The notes under the pieces: generated by a model | The model's database searches: none | Seen by the model: only the letters and a program-made list of their open reading frames with translations | Told to the model about the DNA's origin: nothing | Made by a program: the position numbers and the translations under genes | Part shown: positions 60,087 through 64,000 of the stretch, one piece after another | How positions within the stretch are numbered: position 1 is the first letter of the stretch | Layout of the letters: every line of letters starts with the position of its first letter | Assembly (NCBI GenBank): GCA_050290185.1 | Contig: JBNKHE010000004.1 | Coordinates: 64,001 to 128,000, forward strand | Length of the DNA stretch: 64,000 nucleotides | Direction: 5' to 3' | From: Pontiella sp. | GTDB lineage: Bacteria; Verrucomicrobiota; Kiritimatiellia; Kiritimatiellales; Pontiellaceae

Positions 60087-61694
60087 CTATTCCGTCCGGT
60101 CCAGGACAACGTAGGTGGGCAACCCCTGCACGTCAAAATATTCCCTGACGGCCTGGGTTTCTGGATTGCCGGGATCTTCGGCCACATATTTAATCACGGT
60201 ATAGTCTGCCAGTCGCGCTTTGACCATCCCGTCCTTGAAGGTCGTCTTATCCATGGCTTGGCAGTTCTTGCACCAGCTGGCCCAGAAATCGATAAAGATG
60301 GGTTTGCCACTTGCCTTCGCCTTCAGAATGGCATCAGCGAAGCCCTCATTCGTCGCTCCGTTGATTACCAGATGGCCTTCCGCATTTTCCGTACCGCCCA
60401 CCTCCGCCGGCCGGAAAGCCCGGTAGCTTAAGTGTCCATAATAGATCGAAAATAAGATAATCCCCACGCCGAAACCGTACTTGATGTAGGTCATCCATTT
60501 GCCCGGTTTGGGTAGAAAAGACAAACCCGCACCGGCGAAGGGCCATGGAAGTGCCATGCCGAAGCCCAGCACAAACGGCAAAAGCAAACCGGCAATCGCG
60601 TTGGCTTCGTAGATATTGGTGGCCAGCAGCAAGACGGCAATCACCACCGGTGCCACACAGGCACCGGCCAGCAGGGCCGCCACGGAACCCATTGAAATGG
60701 CCAGGATAAAGCTGCCCGGCTTTTGCGGCCCTCCGCCGAGTTTCGATTGGAACCGGGAAAAATCGATATGAACGATGTCGAACATGGCCAACGCCAGCAC
60801 GGCGAAGATCAACGCGATGATCAGATTGAACCATGGATTTGCCTGTATGGTCCCGAACTGCGAACCCGTGAGGACCACAACCGCACCCAGCAGGCCATAC
60901 ACCAGAGCAATCCCCAATCCATAGGTGGCCCCCAACGCGAATCCCCGCCCCTTCGAGCCAGCCTGTGCACCGGCGCCAATGATAGCCAGATTGACGGGAA
61001 TCATCGGCAATACACAAGGGGTCAAATTCAGGGCCAAGCCCCCGACAAGAATGAAAAGGATGGTCAGCAGGAGGCCGGACTCGCGCACAAAGGCCACCGG
61101 ATCCGTCAGGAAGAGATGGAACGCCCCCGGATTTTTGATTTCCAAGCCGGTTTCCGCTGCATCCAGAAATTCAAGAAATGCATCCGAACGCTTGGAACCC
61201 ACCCCAACGCCCTTGATTACGTACCCGTCCAGTGCACGCTGCCAATCATTCTGTTCCGGCGTGACGGTTGGCTTCCCTTCCGCGGGGGTCTCTGAGCCGG
61301 AGGAAATTAATTCAATGACCTTGGTCTGAGGGATAAAGCAAACCGAGTCGTTGCACCCCCAATACTGAATATGAATAGCCGCTTCCCCACCTTCCCGAGG
61401 CACCCAGGCGAACACGGCTTTGAACGAGGTGTCATACACCGGTTTCGGATGGCCGGTATTCGGATCGGTAACGGAAGTTGTTTCGGGCAATTCGATCGCA
61501 GTCTGTTCATTGCCCAGCGAATCGGTAACCTTGAATTGGCCGGCGTAGAGGTAGTGTTTGTCCGGAACGGTAACATCCAAGTGTATTTCATTGCCCTCCA
61601 ACCGGGCGTCGACAACAAAAGGATCGCCAAATTGTGCCCATGCCGAAAAGGCGAAGGCAACCAGCAGTAAAAAAATAAAAGCGATCTTTCTCAT
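60087..61694 (-). CDS. dsbD: Thiol:disulfide interchange protein DsbD-like
   Basis: Alpha domain GCNDSVC, TM domain LNLTPCVLPMIP and GACVAP, C-terminal thioredoxin DFWASWCKNC. Confidence 0.88.
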   Translation of the reverse strand: MRKIAFIFLLLVAFAFSAWAQFGDPFVVDARLEGNEIHLDVTVPDKHYLYAGQFKVTDSLGNEQTAIELPETTSVTDPNTGHPKPVYDTSFKAVFAWVPREGGEAAIHIQYWGCNDSVCFIPQTKVIELISSGSETPAEGKPTVTPEQNDWQRALDGYVIKGVGVGSKRSDAFLEFLDAAETGLEIKNPGAFHLFLTDPVAFVRESGLLLTILFILVGGLALNLTPCVLPMIPVNLAIIGAGAQAGSKGRGFALGATYGLGIALVYGLLGAVVVLTGSQFGTIQANPWFNLIIALIFAVLALAMFDIVHIDFSRFQSKLGGGPQKPGSFILAISMGSVAALLAGACVAPVVIAVLLLATNIYEANAIAGLLLPFVLGFGMALPWPFAGAGLSFLPKPGKWMTYIKYGFGVGIILFSIYYGHLSYRAFRPAEVGGTENAEGHLVINGATNEGFADAILKAKASGKPIFIDFWASWCKNCQAMDKTTFKDGMVKARLADYTVIKYVAEDPGNPETQAVREYFDVQGLPTYVVLDRTE

Positions 61695-61771
61695 GTCGGG
61701 ATTCCTTGGTTAGTGTTTCCTTCGACATAAGGAAGACTCTATAGTTCATCTGCTTCCGGGTAAAAATAAAT

Positions 61772-63133
61772 ATGAGTGCAATAGTCCCCCCAAAAGATCA
61801 GGCGATCCATATCGTTAAAACCTTGCAGAGCCAGGGATATGAAGCCCTGTTTGCGGGCGGATGTGTGCGCGACGAATTGATGGGAAGAACGCCCAAAGAT
61901 TACGACGTCGCGACCAGCGCCCGGCCGGACGAGGTTGAAGCCCTGTTCCCCCGCACTCTGGCCATCGGCAAGGCTTTTGGCGTAATTGGAGTCATTGATG
62001 GAAGGCAGACGGTGGAAGTCGCCACATTCCGCAAGGAAGCGGGAACCCTCGATGGACGCCATCCGGAAACCGTACACTTCTGCGCGGCCGAGGAAGATGC
62101 CTTGCGGCGCGACTTCACCATCAACGGCATGTTCTTTGACCCGGTGAAAAACGAGCTGCATGACTACGTGGGGGGACAAAAGGATCTTGACCGAAGGAAA
62201 ATCGTCGCCATTGGCAATCCAGTTGAACGCTTCCGCGAAGATCACCTGCGCATGTTGCGCGCCATTCGCTTCGCGTACAACCTGGAGTTTGACATCGACG
62301 AGAAAACCGATGCGGCCATCCACCAATTAGCCCGGAAGATTACGCATATAAGCGCCGAGCGTATTGAGACCGAACTGACCCGTACGCTGACCGATAGCGC
62401 AAAACCCGGCGACGCTCTCCACCACCTCTATCGTTCGGGTCTCCTCGAACAAATCCTGCCCGAAATCATTCCCATGATCGGGCAGGAACAACCGCAGCAA
62501 TTCCATCCGGAGGGAGATGTATTTGAGCACACTGTTCTTATGCTCAATCTGATGAATGAAGAGCCCGCAGAAAAACCGGCATACACGCCGCGGGAGCTGG
62601 CCTTTGCGGTATTGCTGCACGATGTCGGTAAACCGCCGACGGCCCGCATGGGTCCTGGCACGGACGGCAAACCACATATCCGCTTCGATGGCCATGCCGA
62701 TGTAAGCGCACGAATGTCGGACGATATTCTGTCCCGGCTTAAATTCCCAAACCGGGAGCGGAAACATATTGTCGATGCCGTACGGGGTCATATGCGCTTC
62801 ATGGATGTGCAGCGCATGCGATCTTCGAAACTGCGCAGGATGATCGGCGCGGAAACCTTCGATCTTGAGATGGAACTGCACCGGCTGGACTGCCTCGGCT
62901 CGCACCGAATGCTGGACAACTATGAGTTTCTGCAGACCTATATGGCGGACATGGAAAACGAACCAGTGCTGCCAACCCCATGGATCAATGGCCATGACCT
63001 GATCGATATGAATATTCGCGAAGGAAAGCGTATCGGAAAAATCCTCAAGGAAGCCTACGACTTTCAGATGGAGGGTCGTTTTGGCTCGCGCGAAGAACTC
63101 CTGAAGTGGGTGCGCCGCCAATATTGCGCGTAA
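61772..63133 (+). CDS. CCA tRNA nucleotidyltransferase / poly(A) polymerase family with HD domain
   Basis: GGCVRD, DYDVAT, EVATFR, RRDFTIN, EDHLRMLRA.RF, HPEGDV, LLHDVGK. Confidence 0.93.
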   Translation: MSAIVPPKDQAIHIVKTLQSQGYEALFAGGCVRDELMGRTPKDYDVATSARPDEVEALFPRTLAIGKAFGVIGVIDGRQTVEVATFRKEAGTLDGRHPETVHFCAAEEDALRRDFTINGMFFDPVKNELHDYVGGQKDLDRRKIVAIGNPVERFREDHLRMLRAIRFAYNLEFDIDEKTDAAIHQLARKITHISAERIETELTRTLTDSAKPGDALHHLYRSGLLEQILPEIIPMIGQEQPQQFHPEGDVFEHTVLMLNLMNEEPAEKPAYTPRELAFAVLLHDVGKPPTARMGPGTDGKPHIRFDGHADVSARMSDDILSRLKFPNRERKHIVDAVRGHMRFMDVQRMRSSKLRRMIGAETFDLEMELHRLDCLGSHRMLDNYEFLQTYMADMENEPVLPTPWINGHDLIDMNIREGKRIGKILKEAYDFQMEGRFGSREELLKWVRRQYCA

Positions 63134-63238
63134 AGATCTGCGTGGATTCCCAGCCGGGTTAAACGGCTTTACAATGGAAAGATTATCATATTTATTCCCC
63201 TTTCTTGAACACGAAAAAGGCACTGGAGGAAAAGTAAT

Positions 63239-64000
63239 ATGGCTTACGATAAGATCAAGGTTCCCAAGGGCGGAAAAATCACCATGCTGGAATATGGGCA
63301 CCTTAACGTGCCGGACAATCCCATTATTCCGTTTATTGAAGGCGATGGAGTGGGCCCGGAAATTACGGCGGCCATGATCAAGATCATCGATGCGGCCGTT
63401 GAGAAAGCCTATGGCGGACAGCGCAAAATCCAGTGGATGGAAATCTATGCCGGCGAAAAAGCCAATGCGGTCTATGGTGAAGACACCTGGCTTCCTGAAG
63501 AAACCCTGCAGGCGATCGATGAATACCGCGTCGCAATCAAGGGCCCGCTCACCACACCCGTGGGCGGCGGCCGCCGCAGCCTGAACGTCACGCTGCGGCA
63601 GGTGCTCGATCTGTACGTCTGCCAGCGCCCCGTCAAATGGTTCCACGGCGTACCGTCGCCGGTGCACAATCCGGACAAGGTCGACATGGTCGTGTTCCGC
63701 GAAAACTCGGAAGATATCTATGCCGGAATCGAATGGGCCGAAGGATCTGCCGAAGTCCAAAAAGTCATTCACTTCCTCCAGGATGAAATGGACGTAAAGA
63801 ACATCCGCTTCCCAGAGGATTCCGGCATTGGCATCAAACCTGTTTCCAAAAGCGGATCACAGCGACTGATCCGGGCTGCGATCGAATATGCCATCCACAA
63901 CAACCGTAAATCCGTCACGATTGTCCACAAGGGCAATATCATGAAGTTTACCGAAGGCGCCTTCCTCAAGTGGGGCATGGAACTGGCGGCAGAGGAATTC
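63239..64000 (+). CDS. icd: Isocitrate dehydrogenase (copy 2), 5' part only
   Basis: Not in the ORF track because there is no stop in the window. Manual translation: [15 protein letters not shown]...IEGDGVG...[21 protein letters not shown]...[13 protein letters not shown]...[20 protein letters not shown]. Confidence 0.95.
   Translation, partial: MAYDKIKVPKGGKITMLEYGHLNVPDNPIIPFIEGDGVGPEITAAMIKIIDAAVEKAYGGQRKIQWMEIYAGEKANAVYGEDTWLPEETLQAIDEYRVAIKGPLTTPVGGGRRSLNVTLRQVLDLYVCQRPVKWFHGVPSPVHNPDKVDMVVFRENSEDIYAGIEWAEGSAEVQKVIHFLQDEMDVKNIRFPEDSGIGIKPVSKSGSQRLIRAAIEYAIHNNRKSVTIVHKGNIMKFTEGAFLKWGMELAAEEF

Overview
A 64-kb, GC-rich bacterial chromosomal segment made up mostly of core genes. Gene style points to a PVC-superphylum organism, probably Kiritimatiellota/Pontiella-like; this is an inference from the TIGR02999-type ECF plus Ser/Thr kinase pair, SHD1- and DUF6600-like secreted proteins and a CII-like regulator. 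Housekeeping genes include uvrB, a SWIM-SNF2 ATPase, panD, RNA methyltransferases, aspS-hisS-HU, smc, tRNA-Val(GAC), icd (two paralogs), a DAHP synthase, aceE-aceF, nfo, trxA, rlmD, topB, mvaD, a D,D-peptidase, tig-clpP-clpX, dsbD and a CCA-type nucleotidyltransferase. I found no CRISPR array, integrase, transposase or prophage. The best candidates for something undescribed are: (1) a three-gene minor-pilin cassette (PilV/PilW/PilX-like) behind an AT-rich sigma54-type promoter, with a 679-aa pilin carrying lectin-like domains and no PilY1; (2) a window-wide family of 7/8/9-nt periodic intergenic repeats, often paired as inverted arms, including one perfect (CAATACG)11 array in the ribosome-binding position of the gene after smc; (3) a secreted protein with a duplicated module holding 12 DnaJ-type CxxC motifs. 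Smaller oddities are a MarC gene apparently broken by a microhomology deletion, an SxC-type D,D-peptidase, a stand-alone mvaD, a second icd altered next to the AceK phosphosite, and a doubly anchored mini membrane-fusion protein. All calls come from reading the sequence; no searches were run.
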